From: Polyangiales bacterium
GTDB taxonomy: Bacteria; Myxococcota_A; Polyangia; Polyangiales; Ga0077539
Assembly: GCA_044229975.1 (NCBI GenBank)
Contig: JBGARZ010000014.1
Coordinates: 96,001 to 160,000, forward strand
Length of the DNA: 64,000 bases
Direction: 5' to 3'
Shown here: in pieces, positions 1 to 10,243 of the stretch
Numbering within the stretch: position 1 is the first letter of the stretch
Layout: every line of letters begins with the position of its first letter
Translations under genes and position numbers: made by a program
The notes under the pieces: generated by a model
What the model saw: only the letters and a program-made list of their open reading frames with translations
What the model was told of the DNA's origin: nothing
Database searches by the model: none

Positions 1-1
1 C

Positions 2-1096
2 GACCCGCGGCGCACGGAGATCGTGGCCGACGCGGGCGACATCTCCATCGAAGACCTCATCGCCGAGCAGCAGATGGTGATCACCTGCTCGCACAAGGGC
101 TTCATCAAACGCACGGCGCTGTCGGACTACCGGGCGCAGCGTCGCGGTGGTCGCGGCAAGATCGGGATGGAGGCGCGTGATGATGACTTCATCAACCGCT
201 TCTTCGTCGCGAGCACGCACGACCACGTGCTGTTCTTCACCGACCGCGGTCGGGTGTTCTTGAAGAAGGTCTACGAGATTCCGGAGGGTTCGCGGACGTC
301 CAAGGGCCGCTCCATCGTGAACTTCATCGGCATCGACACCGCCGAGAAGGAGGGCGTCGAGCGCGAGAAGATCGCCGCGGTGGTGCCGGTGAGCGAGTTC
401 CGCGAGGGGGCCGATCTGGTGACGGCGACGGCGAAGGGGCTGGTGAAGCGCACCACGCTCGCGGCGTACGCCAACATCCGCGTCACGGGCATCATCGGGG
501 TGGCCATCGAGGAGGGCGACACGCTCCTGCGCGCGGTGGTCACGGAGCCGGGGCAGGAGATCATGCTGGGCACCCGCGGGGGCATGTCGATCCGCTTCAA
601 GGCGGATGACATCCGGCAGGTGGGCCGCGACTCGCGCGGGGTGAAGGGCGTCGAGCTGCGCGACGACGACGTGGTGGTGTCCATGGACGTCATCGACGAC
701 CCGGTGAATCAGCAGGTGCTGACGGTGTGCGCCAACGGCTATGGCAAGCGAACGCCCGTGGGTGAGCACCGCTGCCAGAGCCGCGGCGGTGTCGGCATCA
801 TCGCCATCGACACCAGCGAGCGAAACGGCGTGGTGGTCGACCTCGACCTGGTGACGGAGTCGATGGAGCTCATGGTCATCACCGACCGCGGCCAGATCAT
901 CCGAACGAAGGTGAGCGAGGTCCGGCAGGCGGGTCGCAACACGCAGGGCGTGCGCATCATCCGGTTGGACTCGGACGAGAAGGTCGTGGCCGTCGAGCCG
1001 GTGGCCGAGCCGGAGCCCGAGGGCGGCGAGTCGTTGGTCCCGCCGCCGCCGGCGGAGATGGAGTCCGCGACCGAGATCGACGCCGCGACGGAGTGA
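2..1096 (+). CDS. gyrA: DNA gyrase subunit A, C-terminal part (5'-truncated by window edge)
   Basis: GyrA-box QRRGGRG, beta-pinwheel repeats (GRDSRGVKG, GRNTQGVRI) and acidic tail; frame is open from position 2. Confidence 0.97.
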   Translation, partial: DPRRTEIVADAGDISIEDLIAEQQMVITCSHKGFIKRTALSDYRAQRRGGRGKIGMEARDDDFINRFFVASTHDHVLFFTDRGRVFLKKVYEIPEGSRTSKGRSIVNFIGIDTAEKEGVEREKIAAVVPVSEFREGADLVTATAKGLVKRTTLAAYANIRVTGIIGVAIEEGDTLLRAVVTEPGQEIMLGTRGGMSIRFKADDIRQVGRDSRGVKGVELRDDDVVVSMDVIDDPVNQQVLTVCANGYGKRTPVGEHRCQSRGGVGIIAIDTSERNGVVVDLDLVTESMELMVITDRGQIIRTKVSEVRQAGRNTQGVRIIRLDSDEKVVAVEPVAEPEPEGGESLVPPPPAEMESATEIDAATE

Positions 1097-1108
1097 AGGA
1101 GGCTCAGC

Positions 1109-2026
1109 GTGTGGCGCGCCAGGGTGCTGGGACGGACGGCGTGGGCGGCGATGGTGCTGCACGGCGCCGCCGGTCTGGCGCAGGACGCTCCACCGCCACC
1201 GTGGTCGGGTTCGCCCACGCAGCCTGCGGGTGAGGTGACCGCGGAGGTTCCGCAGGCGCGGCGGTGGCCCACGACGGCGCCGCCGGTCGCGCGGCGCGAG
1301 ACGATCATCACGCGACGACCAGTGCAGCGCGGGTCGGAAGACCCTGGGATGACGCAGCACTTCCAGATGCCGTCGGCGGTGTTGCTGCGGTACGGCGACT
1401 TCGCGGGGATGTACCTCTCGCACCTCGGCTGGGTGGGGCTGCGCCGCGGGCTCACGCGATCGATCGACGTGGGCGTCGGGGTGCCGTTCTATTTCCTGGG
1501 GCTGTCGGTCGATGCGCGCGTGGGGTTCATCCAGCGCGACGGCGTGGCGGCGGCGTGGTGGGGTTACGCGACGATTCCCTTCGTCGGTGAAGGCGAGCGC
1601 CCGACGAGCCAGCTGGGCTTTACATGGTCCTACGCGGGGCTCGGCTGGGCCACGGGGCCGCTGCTCTCGCTCTGGAACGACCGCGTCGGCGTCCACGCCG
1701 GCGTGCATGTGGCGCAGCGCACTGGCCTCGGCGGCGCGTGGCTGCTCAGCCATGTGACTGCTGATGTGCGCATCATCGAGGGCATCAAGGTGCTGTTGCA
1801 GGGCGTGTCCTTCAACGAGCTCACGCCCGAGAAGAGCGACCTGGCGCGGCCGCTCGTGGGCAACGGATCGCTGCGCTGGCTGCCCTACGCGCTGGCTGGA
1901 GCGCGCTTCTACACGCGGCGGTTCTCGGCCGACATGGGAGTGCTCGCGCCGTTGTCGCCCGACTGCCCGCTGTGGTCGGAGCGGCTGGTGGTCATCCCGT
2001 GGGTCTCGCTGACACACCGGTTCTGA
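1109..2026 (+). CDS. Hypothetical secreted protein, possibly outer-membrane beta-barrel
   Basis: AAGGAGG RBS, signal-peptide-like N-terminus (AAGLA-Q), alternating hydrophobic strands, C-terminal Phe. Confidence 0.6.
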   Translation: MWRARVLGRTAWAAMVLHGAAGLAQDAPPPPWSGSPTQPAGEVTAEVPQARRWPTTAPPVARRETIITRRPVQRGSEDPGMTQHFQMPSAVLLRYGDFAGMYLSHLGWVGLRRGLTRSIDVGVGVPFYFLGLSVDARVGFIQRDGVAAAWWGYATIPFVGEGERPTSQLGFTWSYAGLGWATGPLLSLWNDRVGVHAGVHVAQRTGLGGAWLLSHVTADVRIIEGIKVLLQGVSFNELTPEKSDLARPLVGNGSLRWLPYALAGARFYTRRFSADMGVLAPLSPDCPLWSERLVVIPWVSLTHRF

Positions 2027-2087
2027 CGATCATCGCTGACATCAATCTCGCAGCGAGCCCCGTGGCCCTGTTAGAGTCTCGGACACG

Positions 2088-4973
2088 ATGGCCGCACCTG
2101 CTGTTGGTATCGACCTTGGAACCACCAATTCCGTCGTCGCCGTCTCTGTCGGGGGTCGTCCCCAGGTACTCCCCGATGCGAGCGGCGGAACGCTGATTCC
2201 GTCGGTGGTGTCGTTCGCCGAAAACGGCGAGCGCATCGTCGGGAGGGCCGCGCGAATGCGTCGCGCCATCGACCCGCGCAACACCGTGTACTCGGTGAAG
2301 CGCCTGCTCGGTCGACCCTTCAAGAGCGAGGAGGTGCGCCGCGCCCGCTCGCGCATGCCCTTCGAGCTCAAGGAGGGCGCCGACAGCTCGGTGATCGTGT
2401 CGACCCGCGGGGGCGATCACGCGCTGCCAGAGCTCTCCGCCATGGTGCTGCGCGAGGCGCGGCGCATCGCCGAGATGGGCCTGCAGGACAAGGTCGATCG
2501 CTGCGTCATCACGGTGCCCGCCAACTTCAACGAGCTGCAACGGTCGAGCACCAAGGTGGCCGGCCGCATCGCGGAGCTCGAGGTGGTGCGCATCCTCAAC
2601 GAGCCCACGGCGGCGGCGCTGGCCTACGGCTACGGGCGCGGCACGCGCGAGAAGATCTGCATCTACGACTTCGGCGGCGGCACCTTCGACGTGACGCTGC
2701 TGGAGCTGTCGGGCAACGTCTTCGAGGTGCTCGCGACGGCGGGCGACACCTTCCTCGGCGGCGACGACATCGACATCGCCATCACCGACTCGCTGCTCCA
2801 GAACTTCCAGCGCACGACCTCGCTCGACCCGCTGCAAGACCGGGTGCTCTACGACATCCTGCGCGACGCCGCGGAGACCGCGAAGTGCGAGCTCTCGTCG
2901 CGCGACCAGAGCCGCATCGGGGTGGACATCACGCTGCCCGATGGTCGCCCGGTGAAGTTCGCGCAGGGGCTCTCCCGCCTGGAGCTCGAACGCCTCTCCG
3001 GCACCTTCATCTCCCGCACCTTCGACGTGTGCTCCGAGGCGCTCAAGCTCGCGGGGCTCCGTCCGAGCGACCTCACCGCCGTGATCCTCGTCGGCGGCAG
3101 CACGCGCATCCCGACGGTGCGCTCGCGGGTGTCGTCGTTCTTCGGCCGCGAGCCGCTCACCAACCTTCCTCCCGAGGAGGTCGTCGCGCTTGGTGCGTCC
3201 ATCCTCGCCGAGGCGCTCACGGGCGGTTCGCGCAAGGGTCCCACCACCCGTCCCATCACCGGCACTCACGGCGCGCCGCAGCGCTCCAACACGGGGCCTG
3301 GTCCTCGCCCTCCCGCGACGGCGGCGGGCGTGCCGGGTCAGCATGGTCCGGAGGTCAGTGCGCCGGGCCCGAGTCGCACGACGCTGACCGGCGTCGGAGA
3401 AGACTCCGGCGCGCACACGATGCCCAAGGCGCCCATCGTGGTGCCGCCGCCCGTTCCCAACAGCGCGCTGCGCGGGTCGACCAAGCCGCCTCCGCTCCCT
3501 GGTCGTCCGCCCCCTCCGGTGCCCACGCAGGCGAAGCCCGCGGCGCGCAACTCGATGGAGCTCGACGACCCGTTCTCCGACCTCAGCAACGCCACGATGA
3601 TGTCGCCGTCGCCGATGGAGCGAACGGTGGCGCAAGAGGCGCCCGGTGGTCTCGGTCAGCTCGACGAGCCGTCGTTCATGGGTCGCCTCAAGAACGACCC
3701 CACGGTCGCCATCTCGGTGCCGGTGCCGGCGTTCAACCTCGACGACCCGTCGGTGGTCGGCCCGCTGCCCACCTCCGACCCGCACCTGCCGTCGGTGAAG
3801 GACCACTCCAGTCCCCTCATCACCCCGCCGCCGCTCCGGCAAAACCTCCCGGTGGCCAAGCCCATCGCGGCCAGCCCGGTCGTCCCGCCGCCGCCACGGC
3901 AGCCACCCGCTCCGCCGCAGCAGTCGGCGCCCATCCATCCGCCGCCCCCGCCGCGCCCACAACCGCCGCAGAACACGGGTGGCCTGCGCCCCGAGATCGC
4001 CTCGGTGCTGCCGCCCGCCATCGCCGCGGCCATCAGCACGCCGCGCTCGACGCTGGAGTCGACGACCAACCCGGGCCGCTCGATCAACGAGCCCTCGGTC
4101 CCGTCGTTTCACCTCGACGACGCCATGTTCGGCGGCGGCGACCGCTCCAACCCTGGCGTGAAGATCGGCACCGAGGCGTCGTTTCCCGGCGTGCGGGTCG
4201 AGCCTTCGACGCCCATCGCGGGCGGCGACAAGGACGTCTCCATCCCGTCGTTCCGCATCGACACCGAGGAGATCTTCGGGTCGTCGGTCGGCAACGCCGC
4301 GACGCTCATCGCCAAGGGCCCGTCGGCGTCGTTTCCCATCGACGAGATGACCCGCGCGATGCCCACCTCGGGCAACACCACCCAGAAGGTCGCCGCCGTC
4401 GCGCCTCCGGTGATGGGTCCGGCCCCGACGTATCCGCCCCCTCCGTCGCCGTCCCAGTATCCGCCGCCTGCCTACGGCGGCGCCGGTTCGATGCCGCCGG
4501 GCTCCATGCCTCCGCCCTCGATGGCGCCGCCCAGCATGCGCCCGATGGCGGCCCCGCTGCTCCTCGACGTGACGCCCTTCAGCCTCGGGGTCGAGACCGC
4601 GGGCGGGCTCTGTGAGTCGGTGATTCGCCGCAACGCGACCATCCCGGTGGAGCAGACCCGCAACTTCGCCACCACCAACGACCAGCAGGACTCGGTCATC
4701 ATTCGCATCGCGCAGGGCGAGTCGCGGCGCTTCGCGGACAACCAGGCCCTCGGCGAGCTGGAGCTCACCAACCTCCGGCCCGCGGCCCGCGGCGAGGTCG
4801 TCGTCGCGGTCACCTTCGAGCTCGAAGCCGACGGCACGCTCCGCGTCCGCGCCAAGGACCTCGAGACCGGCTACGAGCAGGCCGTCCGGGTCAACCTCCT
4901 GACCATCCCGTCGGAGTCGTCGCAGATGGACATGGCCGCTCGCAATCGCAGCGCCGTCGTTCCGGTGCCCTGA
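2088..4973 (+). CDS. Atypical Hsp70/DnaK-family protein with long Pro-rich insertion
   Basis: [20 protein letters not shown] and [13 protein letters not shown]ase motifs; [11 protein letters not shown] linker and SBD-beta near the C-terminus. Confidence 0.95.
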   Translation: MAAPAVGIDLGTTNSVVAVSVGGRPQVLPDASGGTLIPSVVSFAENGERIVGRAARMRRAIDPRNTVYSVKRLLGRPFKSEEVRRARSRMPFELKEGADSSVIVSTRGGDHALPELSAMVLREARRIAEMGLQDKVDRCVITVPANFNELQRSSTKVAGRIAELEVVRILNEPTAAALAYGYGRGTREKICIYDFGGGTFDVTLLELSGNVFEVLATAGDTFLGGDDIDIAITDSLLQNFQRTTSLDPLQDRVLYDILRDAAETAKCELSSRDQSRIGVDITLPDGRPVKFAQGLSRLELERLSGTFISRTFDVCSEALKLAGLRPSDLTAVILVGGSTRIPTVRSRVSSFFGREPLTNLPPEEVVALGASILAEALTGGSRKGPTTRPITGTHGAPQRSNTGPGPRPPATAAGVPGQHGPEVSAPGPSRTTLTGVGEDSGAHTMPKAPIVVPPPVPNSALRGSTKPPPLPGRPPPPVPTQAKPAARNSMELDDPFSDLSNATMMSPSPMERTVAQEAPGGLGQLDEPSFMGRLKNDPTVAISVPVPAFNLDDPSVVGPLPTSDPHLPSVKDHSSPLITPPPLRQNLPVAKPIAASPVVPPPPRQPPAPPQQSAPIHPPPPPRPQPPQNTGGLRPEIASVLPPAIAAAISTPRSTLESTTNPGRSINEPSVPSFHLDDAMFGGGDRSNPGVKIGTEASFPGVRVEPSTPIAGGDKDVSIPSFRIDTEEIFGSSVGNAATLIAKGPSASFPIDEMTRAMPTSGNTTQKVAAVAPPVMGPAPTYPPPPSPSQYPPPAYGGAGSMPPGSMPPPSMAPPSMRPMAAPLLLDVTPFSLGVETAGGLCESVIRRNATIPVEQTRNFATTNDQQDSVIIRIAQGESRRFADNQALGELELTNLRPAARGEVVVAVTFELEADGTLRVRAKDLETGYEQAVRVNLLTIPSESSQMDMAARNRSAVVPVP

Positions 4974-5488
4974 TGCTCTCCGACCGCGTCCTCGCCGAGA
5001 ACCTCGATCGCATCGACTACTACACCCTGCTGGGTGTGGCCCGTGATGCGCCGCTCGCCCAGATCCGCGACGCGTTTCACAAGTTTGCGATCAGGTTTCA
5101 CCCCGACCAGCACGTCGACGACGTCGACACCCAGCAGCGCGTCCTCAAGATCTTCAAGCGCGGCTCGGAGGGCTACCGGGTGCTCCTCGACCCGGTGCTG
5201 CGCGCTCGCTACGACGCCGCGCTCGCGCGGGGCGAGTCGCGCCTCACGCCCGACACCGAGCGCGTGAAGGTGGTCGGCGAGGCGAAGGTGAGCGCCGTCG
5301 CCGAAGAACCACTGCCCGCCGATGTGCAGCCGCTCTACCTCCAGATCTCCGAGAGCCTGCGCCGCGGCGACGTGAAGAACGCCAAGGCCTTCCTCATGCT
5401 GCTCGGCCGCAAGTCCAACCACCCGAAGGTGCAGGCGCTCGCCAAGGATGTGCTCGAAGCGGAGAAGAACCTCCTCCGCCGTCGTTAG
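4973..5488 (+). CDS. J-domain (DnaJ-like) co-chaperone
   Basis: DYYTLLGV...FHPD J-domain; TGATG stop/start overlap with the Hsp70 gene. Confidence 0.92.
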   Translation: MLSDRVLAENLDRIDYYTLLGVARDAPLAQIRDAFHKFAIRFHPDQHVDDVDTQQRVLKIFKRGSEGYRVLLDPVLRARYDAALARGESRLTPDTERVKVVGEAKVSAVAEEPLPADVQPLYLQISESLRRGDVKNAKAFLMLLGRKSNHPKVQALAKDVLEAEKNLLRRR

Positions 5489-5512
5489 CCTGTGTCTGTC
5501 GGTGTTTCGGGG

Positions 5513-5535
5513 GATCGTATGAGGGGCATACGATC
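5513..5535. terminator. Hairpin between convergent genes (possible bidirectional terminator)
   Basis: GATCGTATG-AGGGG-CATACGATC perfect 9-bp stem; no U-tract. Confidence 0.5.
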
Positions 5536-5552
5536 GGTGGTGCGGCGGGGAG

Positions 5553-6221
5553 CTACTTCTTGAGTCGGGCCTTCAGGGCCGCGAGCTCGTCTTCCAATCC
5601 GTCGCCGGTCTCGCCCCGCTCCAGCTTGCGGAAGCGCTCCTCCAGCGAGTGCTTCTTCGGGTCTTCGATGACGTCGTGCGCCTCGACCTCGGCCTCCATC
5701 GCGTCGATGCGCTCCTGCATCTCGCGCAGCCGACCGACCGCCCCGGCGTTGCTGCCACCGACCGGGTTGCCACCGGCGGCGCGGGCCTGGGCCACCTGCG
5801 AGGAGAGGGTGTTCTTCCGGGCCTTGAGCTCTTCGAGCTTGCGCTCCAACTGCTCGATGGTGGCGCGCAGCTCGGACACGTAGCTGGCCTGCTGCTCCTT
5901 GAGCTTGTCGGTGTCGAGCGCGTCGGTCTCGTTCTTCTTCTTGCGCTTGAGGGCCTCCTTCGCGAGCTCCTCGTCGCCCTGCTCCAGGGCCAGCATGGCG
6001 CGGCGCTCCCAGCTCGACGCCTCTTCCAACTGGTCGCGCTGCTTCTTCTCCAGGTGCTTGACCGACGCGAGCGACGAGACGACCTCCTGGCGGGCCTTCT
6101 TGAGCTCCTCGGTCATGTCATCGATGGTCTGCGCGAGCACCTTGGCGGGGTCTTCCGCCTTGTCGATGAGCGCGTTGATGTTCGACTTCACGGCGCGGCT
6201 GAAGCGGTCGACGATTCCCAT
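5553..6221 (-). CDS. pspA: PspA/IM30 family protein
   Basis: MGIVDRFSRAVKSNINALIDKAEDP N-terminus, coiled coil, LEDELAALKARL end. Confidence 0.93.
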   Translation of the reverse strand: MGIVDRFSRAVKSNINALIDKAEDPAKVLAQTIDDMTEELKKARQEVVSSLASVKHLEKKQRDQLEEASSWERRAMLALEQGDEELAKEALKRKKKNETDALDTDKLKEQQASYVSELRATIEQLERKLEELKARKNTLSSQVAQARAAGGNPVGGSNAGAVGRLREMQERIDAMEAEVEAHDVIEDPKKHSLEERFRKLERGETGDGLEDELAALKARLKK

Positions 6222-6311
6222 GGCGGCGTTGAACTCCCGGTCTGAACACGATGCAGACGCGACCCGATCGTTGCATCGCCCCCGTGACGTGTCCAGGGTC
6301 AGCGTCGGCCT

Positions 6312-7337
6312 TCAGTCGCGCCCGCCCTGACCGAGCGCGCTGAGCATCGCGGAGCTGCTCGACGAGGACGGCGCGGCCACGAGCACCCGGCTGTCGGCGC
6401 GGCGAGAGAGCGCGCGCATGCCCTCGGATCCCCAGGTCACCACGCCACCGCCCGCCTGCTTGGCAGCGTACATGGCCGCGTCGCTGCACTGGAGCAGCTC
6501 GTCGGCCTCGTGCCCGTGGTCGGGGAAGTACGCGACGCCGATGCTTGCGTTGACCTCCAGGTGCAGCGTGTCGCCCGCCGTCGTCGCGAAGCGCAGCGGC
6601 TCGACCAGCGCCCGCAGCAGCTTGGCCGCGACCTGGCGCGCCGAGGCGAGGTCGCCGACGTTTTCCACCACGCACACGAACTCGTCGCCGCCCCAGCGCG
6701 CGACGGTGTCCGACGAGCGCAGGGACGCGCGCATGCGACCCGCGATGGCGCAGAGCACCGCGTCGCCGACGTGGTGGCCGTAGCGATCGTTGATGGGCTT
6801 GAAGCGGTCGAGGTCGACGAAGATCACGGCGAGGCGCTCGTCGAGGCGCTGCGCGCGGCGCACGGCCGTCTGCAAGCGGTCGGCGGCGAGGAGGCGGTTG
6901 GGCAGGCCGGTGAGCTCGTCGTGCAGCGCCGCGGAGGCGACGACCTGCACGAGCTGCGACCGCGCGATGGCGTGGGCGAGGGCGCGATCGAGCATCGCGG
7001 GGCTGAACTCACCCTTCACCAGGAAGTCCTGCGCGCCCTGCTGGAGGGCCTGCATGCCGATCTGCTGATCGTCCATTCCGCTCAGCACCACGCAGGGCAG
7101 GCGCGCGGTGTGGCGGCGGGCGTTGAGGAAGGTCTGGAGCCCGTTGCTGTCAGGGACGTTGAGGTCGAGCACGACCACGTCGGGCTGTCGCGCCTCCATC
7201 GCGGCGGCGAGCTCGGCGAGGCACTCGATGGTGTGCACCTCGTAGCGGGTCGTCGTGCTCCGGCGCAGGGTGCGTAGGAACACGAGCCGGTCGACGGCGT
7301 CGTCTTCCAGCAACAGCACGCGCACCACGTTCTCCAT
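6312..7337 (-). CDS. Response regulator receiver-diguanylate cyclase (REC-GGDEF)
   Basis: LLLEDD...VVLD receiver; DELTGLPNR, GGDEF active site and RSSD I-site. Confidence 0.95.
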   Translation of the reverse strand: MENVVRVLLLEDDAVDRLVFLRTLRRSTTTRYEVHTIECLAELAAAMEARQPDVVVLDLNVPDSNGLQTFLNARRHTARLPCVVLSGMDDQQIGMQALQQGAQDFLVKGEFSPAMLDRALAHAIARSQLVQVVASAALHDELTGLPNRLLAADRLQTAVRRAQRLDERLAVIFVDLDRFKPINDRYGHHVGDAVLCAIAGRMRASLRSSDTVARWGGDEFVCVVENVGDLASARQVAAKLLRALVEPLRFATTAGDTLHLEVNASIGVAYFPDHGHEADELLQCSDAAMYAAKQAGGGVVTWGSEGMRALSRRADSRVLVAAPSSSSSSAMLSALGQGGRD

Positions 7338-7627
7338 GAGTCGTCACCTCCGCCTATCCCTCAACGGTTGAAAAGCTAGAGCCGGCACAGCGCAGACCGC
7401 AACCCCTCGTACGCCGACCGAAGGCGTCTGGTTGAGCCTATTTCTTCGCGGATTCAGGCGCGACACGGCCGTCACGGTGTCGACGCTGGAGACCACAGTG
7501 TCGAGTGACAGGAAGGGCGATGTGGGGCGGAGTCAGCGAGCACGAAACTTGTCCGTTGACGAGAACGCGCGGGCCGTGGTCCCTAGTTTGCGCGGCGCTG
7601 GCGGTGCCGGCGCCACGGAGGAGACGC

Positions 7628-8053
7628 ATGTCGATGTTGCAGTTCGGGAGCACGGGGAGCGCGGTTCGCCATCTTCAATCGGCGCTGGTGGCGCAGGGCT
7701 ATGAGCTCGACGTCGACGGCGACTTCGGCGATGCCACCGACGCGGCGGTGAGGCACTTTCAGGACAACAACAACCTCGACGTCGACGGTGTCGCCGGCCC
7801 CGCCACGCTGGCGGCGCTGGGCATCGCGACGCACTCACACCAGTCGTCGTCGCACCCGCAGCTCGAGCTCGGGTCGCAGGGGCGCGCAGTGCGCCAGCTC
7901 CAGGAAGCGCTCGTCGAGCAGGGATGGGAGATCGACGTCGACGGCGACTTCGGCCCGGGCACCGACGAGGCAGTGCGGGAGTTTCAGGAAGAGAACGAGC
8001 TCGACGTCGACGGCATCGTCGGCCCCGCGACCTGGGCCGCGCTCGGGTTCTAG
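7628..8053 (+). CDS. Tandem peptidoglycan-binding domain protein
   Basis: Two PG_binding_1-like repeats (L..GS.G.AVR.LQ..L...G...DVDGDFG..T..AVR.FQ...LDVDG..GPAT..ALG); GGAGGAG RBS before ATG 7628. Confidence 0.9.
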   Translation: MSMLQFGSTGSAVRHLQSALVAQGYELDVDGDFGDATDAAVRHFQDNNNLDVDGVAGPATLAALGIATHSHQSSSHPQLELGSQGRAVRQLQEALVEQGWEIDVDGDFGPGTDEAVREFQEENELDVDGIVGPATWAALGF

Positions 8054-9408
8054 CCCTTCTCCGGGGCCACCGGCGCGATCGGTGTCCCCAACGCCTCCAT
8101 CACCATCCTCGCGACCGACAACGCTCGCACGTCCTCCCAGCGAGGCGTGATGAGCTGCACGCCCACGGGCAATCCTCCGGGTTGCGGCCACACCGGGATG
8201 GTCGTCGCCGGGTGCCCGCTGGCATTGAACACCGCCGTGTACGCGCCGAGCGGAGCGGCCTCGTCGAGGAGGGTCTGCGGCGCGTCCTGCGTCCACGTGC
8301 CCACCCGCGGCGGGGCCACGGCCACGGTGGGCGTCACCCACAGGTCGGCGTCGCCAAACCACGCGTCGATGCGCGCGCGAAACATCTCGCGACGGGCCAT
8401 CGCGAAGGCGAAATCCACGGCGCCTGCCGGGTCGCGGAGGAGCTTGGTCGTCCCCTGCAAACCCGCCTCGGAGGGCACGAACATCCCGCGCGCCAGGTAT
8501 CGGAACATCGGCATGAACTCCTCGACCGTTCCGACGAAGCAGTCCGCCTCTTCGACGTCGTGACCCTGTGCGGCGAGCAGACGCACCACCTTGAGGACGG
8601 CGTCGTTGACCTCCGGGGCCGTCGCGATCACCGCGTTGTGGGTCGTGTAGCGCACGCGCAACCGGCCGGGCGGTCGACGGACTGCGGGCAGGAATTCCTC
8701 GCGTCCGATGAGCACGTCCATGAGGGCCGCGGCGTCGTCGACGCTGCGCGCGTGCGGGCCGACCACGGAGAGTTCGAGCTTCTCGAAGGGCGCGAAGGGG
8801 TTGGGCAGCAGACCGCGGGTCGGCTTGTGACCGACGAGCCCGCAGAAGGCAGCGGGGATGCGAATGGAGCCCGCGCCGTCACTCGCGACGGCGATCGGGA
8901 GCATGCCAGCGGCGATGGCGGCGGATGACCCGCCCGAGGAGCCACCCGAGTAGCGCGAGAGGTCCCACGGGTTGCGCGTCGGAGGATGGGTGTCCGTGTC
9001 GACGAAGGGGAGGATCGCGAGCTCGGAGGTGGAGAGCTTGCCGGTGAGCACCATGCCGGCGCGGCGGACGGCGGCGGTGCTCAGGTCGTCCATCGGCGTC
9101 CAGAGGTAGCGGAAGGCGCGCGAGCCGAGGCGGGTGAAGGTTCCGCGGGCCATGTGGAGGTCCTTCATCGCCGTGGGCAGACCCCAGAGGGGACTACGGC
9201 GGGCGTTGCGGTCGCGCAGGCGCTCTCGATCGAGGGCGCGAGCGGTCGCGACGGCGCGGCGGGGGATCTGTTGGACGAAGGCGTTGAGCGAACGATCGCG
9301 GCGGGCGATGCGATCGAGGTACGCGCGGGTGAGCTCCTCGACGGAGACGGCGCCGTCGCGCAGGAGCGTGGACTGGTCGAGGGCCGATCGGTCGAGGAGG
9401 TCGTTCAT
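8050..9408 (-). CDS. Amidase signature family protein
   Basis: AMKD, GGSSGGSSAA and SDGAGSIRIPAAFCG; start re-assigned to MNDLLD. Confidence 0.93.
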   Translation of the reverse strand: MNDLLDRSALDQSTLLRDGAVSVEELTRAYLDRIARRDRSLNAFVQQIPRRAVATARALDRERLRDRNARRSPLWGLPTAMKDLHMARGTFTRLGSRAFRYLWTPMDDLSTAAVRRAGMVLTGKLSTSELAILPFVDTDTHPPTRNPWDLSRYSGGSSGGSSAAIAAGMLPIAVASDGAGSIRIPAAFCGLVGHKPTRGLLPNPFAPFEKLELSVVGPHARSVDDAAALMDVLIGREEFLPAVRRPPGRLRVRYTTHNAVIATAPEVNDAVLKVVRLLAAQGHDVEEADCFVGTVEEFMPMFRYLARGMFVPSEAGLQGTTKLLRDPAGAVDFAFAMARREMFRARIDAWFGDADLWVTPTVAVAPPRVGTWTQDAPQTLLDEAAPLGAYTAVFNASGHPATTIPVWPQPGGLPVGVQLITPRWEDVRALSVARMVMEALGTPIAPVAPEKG

Positions 9409-9474
9409 GGCGGCGGGAGCGGACACTCCATCGGACCATGCGCAGACGCAACGGTGCGGGGGTAACCTGTCGCC

Positions 9475-10221
9475 ATGAGCCTCTCGGTGCGAGTCGTCGG
9501 CGTCGGCGATGCGTTTACGTCGCGGTACTACAACGCGTGCCTGCTGGTGGAGGCCGACGACACGAGGTTGCTCATCGACGCTCCGCCCGCGCTCGCCCGC
9601 GCGTTGCGTGAGCTCGGCGACCGCGGCGGCCCGGTGATCGGCCTCGACGACGTCGACCATGTGCTCATCACGCACCTGCACGGTGATCACATGGGCGGTC
9701 TGGAGCAGCTCCTCTTCTGGCGGCACTTCGTCACGCGCAAAAAAACCACGGTGCACGCCATCCCGGAGGTTCTCGCGGGGCTCTGGGAGCACCGGCTGCG
9801 CGGCGGCATGGACGTGCTGATGGACGCCGACGGCGCGCGTCATCCGCTCACGTTGGAGGACTACGCCGAGGTGCGACCGATGCCCGCGGCGGGCGAGGCG
9901 TTCGGCATCGGTGCGCTCACGGTGGAGTGGCGGCCGACGGTGCACCACATCCCCACGTCGGCGCTGCGGCTGAGCGCCAATGGCAGGTCCGTCGGATACA
10001 GCGCAGACACGGCCTTCGATCCGTCGCTCATCGCGTGGCTCGCGCGCTCCGACCTCCTCCTGCACGAGACCAACTACGGCACGCACACCCCGCTGGCGAG
10101 CCTGGTCACGGTCGAGTCCGCGGTGCGCGATCGCATGCGGCTCATCCACTACTCCGACCTCCACGACGTCGACGCCTCGCCCATCGCGTGTGCTCGCGAG
10201 GGCGACCGCTACGAACCGTAG
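9475..10221 (+). CDS. MBL-fold metallo-hydrolase (RNase Z / cyclic-nucleotide phosphodiesterase-like)
   Basis: THLHGDH motif, YSADT, LLHE, LIHY. Confidence 0.88.
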   Translation: MSLSVRVVGVGDAFTSRYYNACLLVEADDTRLLIDAPPALARALRELGDRGGPVIGLDDVDHVLITHLHGDHMGGLEQLLFWRHFVTRKKTTVHAIPEVLAGLWEHRLRGGMDVLMDADGARHPLTLEDYAEVRPMPAAGEAFGIGALTVEWRPTVHHIPTSALRLSANGRSVGYSADTAFDPSLIAWLARSDLLLHETNYGTHTPLASLVTVESAVRDRMRLIHYSDLHDVDASPIACAREGDRYEP

Positions 10222-10243
10222 GAGGCGTGCGACACTGGCGCCC

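Noticed and set aside
2..1096. parC instead of gyrA
   Set aside because: The GyrA-box QRRGGRG and acidic tail are present
1992..4615. Long Arg/Ala/Pro-rich antisense or alternate-frame ORFs (also 21854-24733, 55015-56928, 58583-60820 and many others)
   Set aside because: Shadow ORFs typical of high-GC DNA; they overlap genes with clear family motifs
7338..7627. c-di-GMP riboswitch or sRNA between the GGDEF and PG-binding genes
   Set aside because: No recognisable riboswitch consensus; only short GC hairpins. An Rfam/Infernal scan would be decisive
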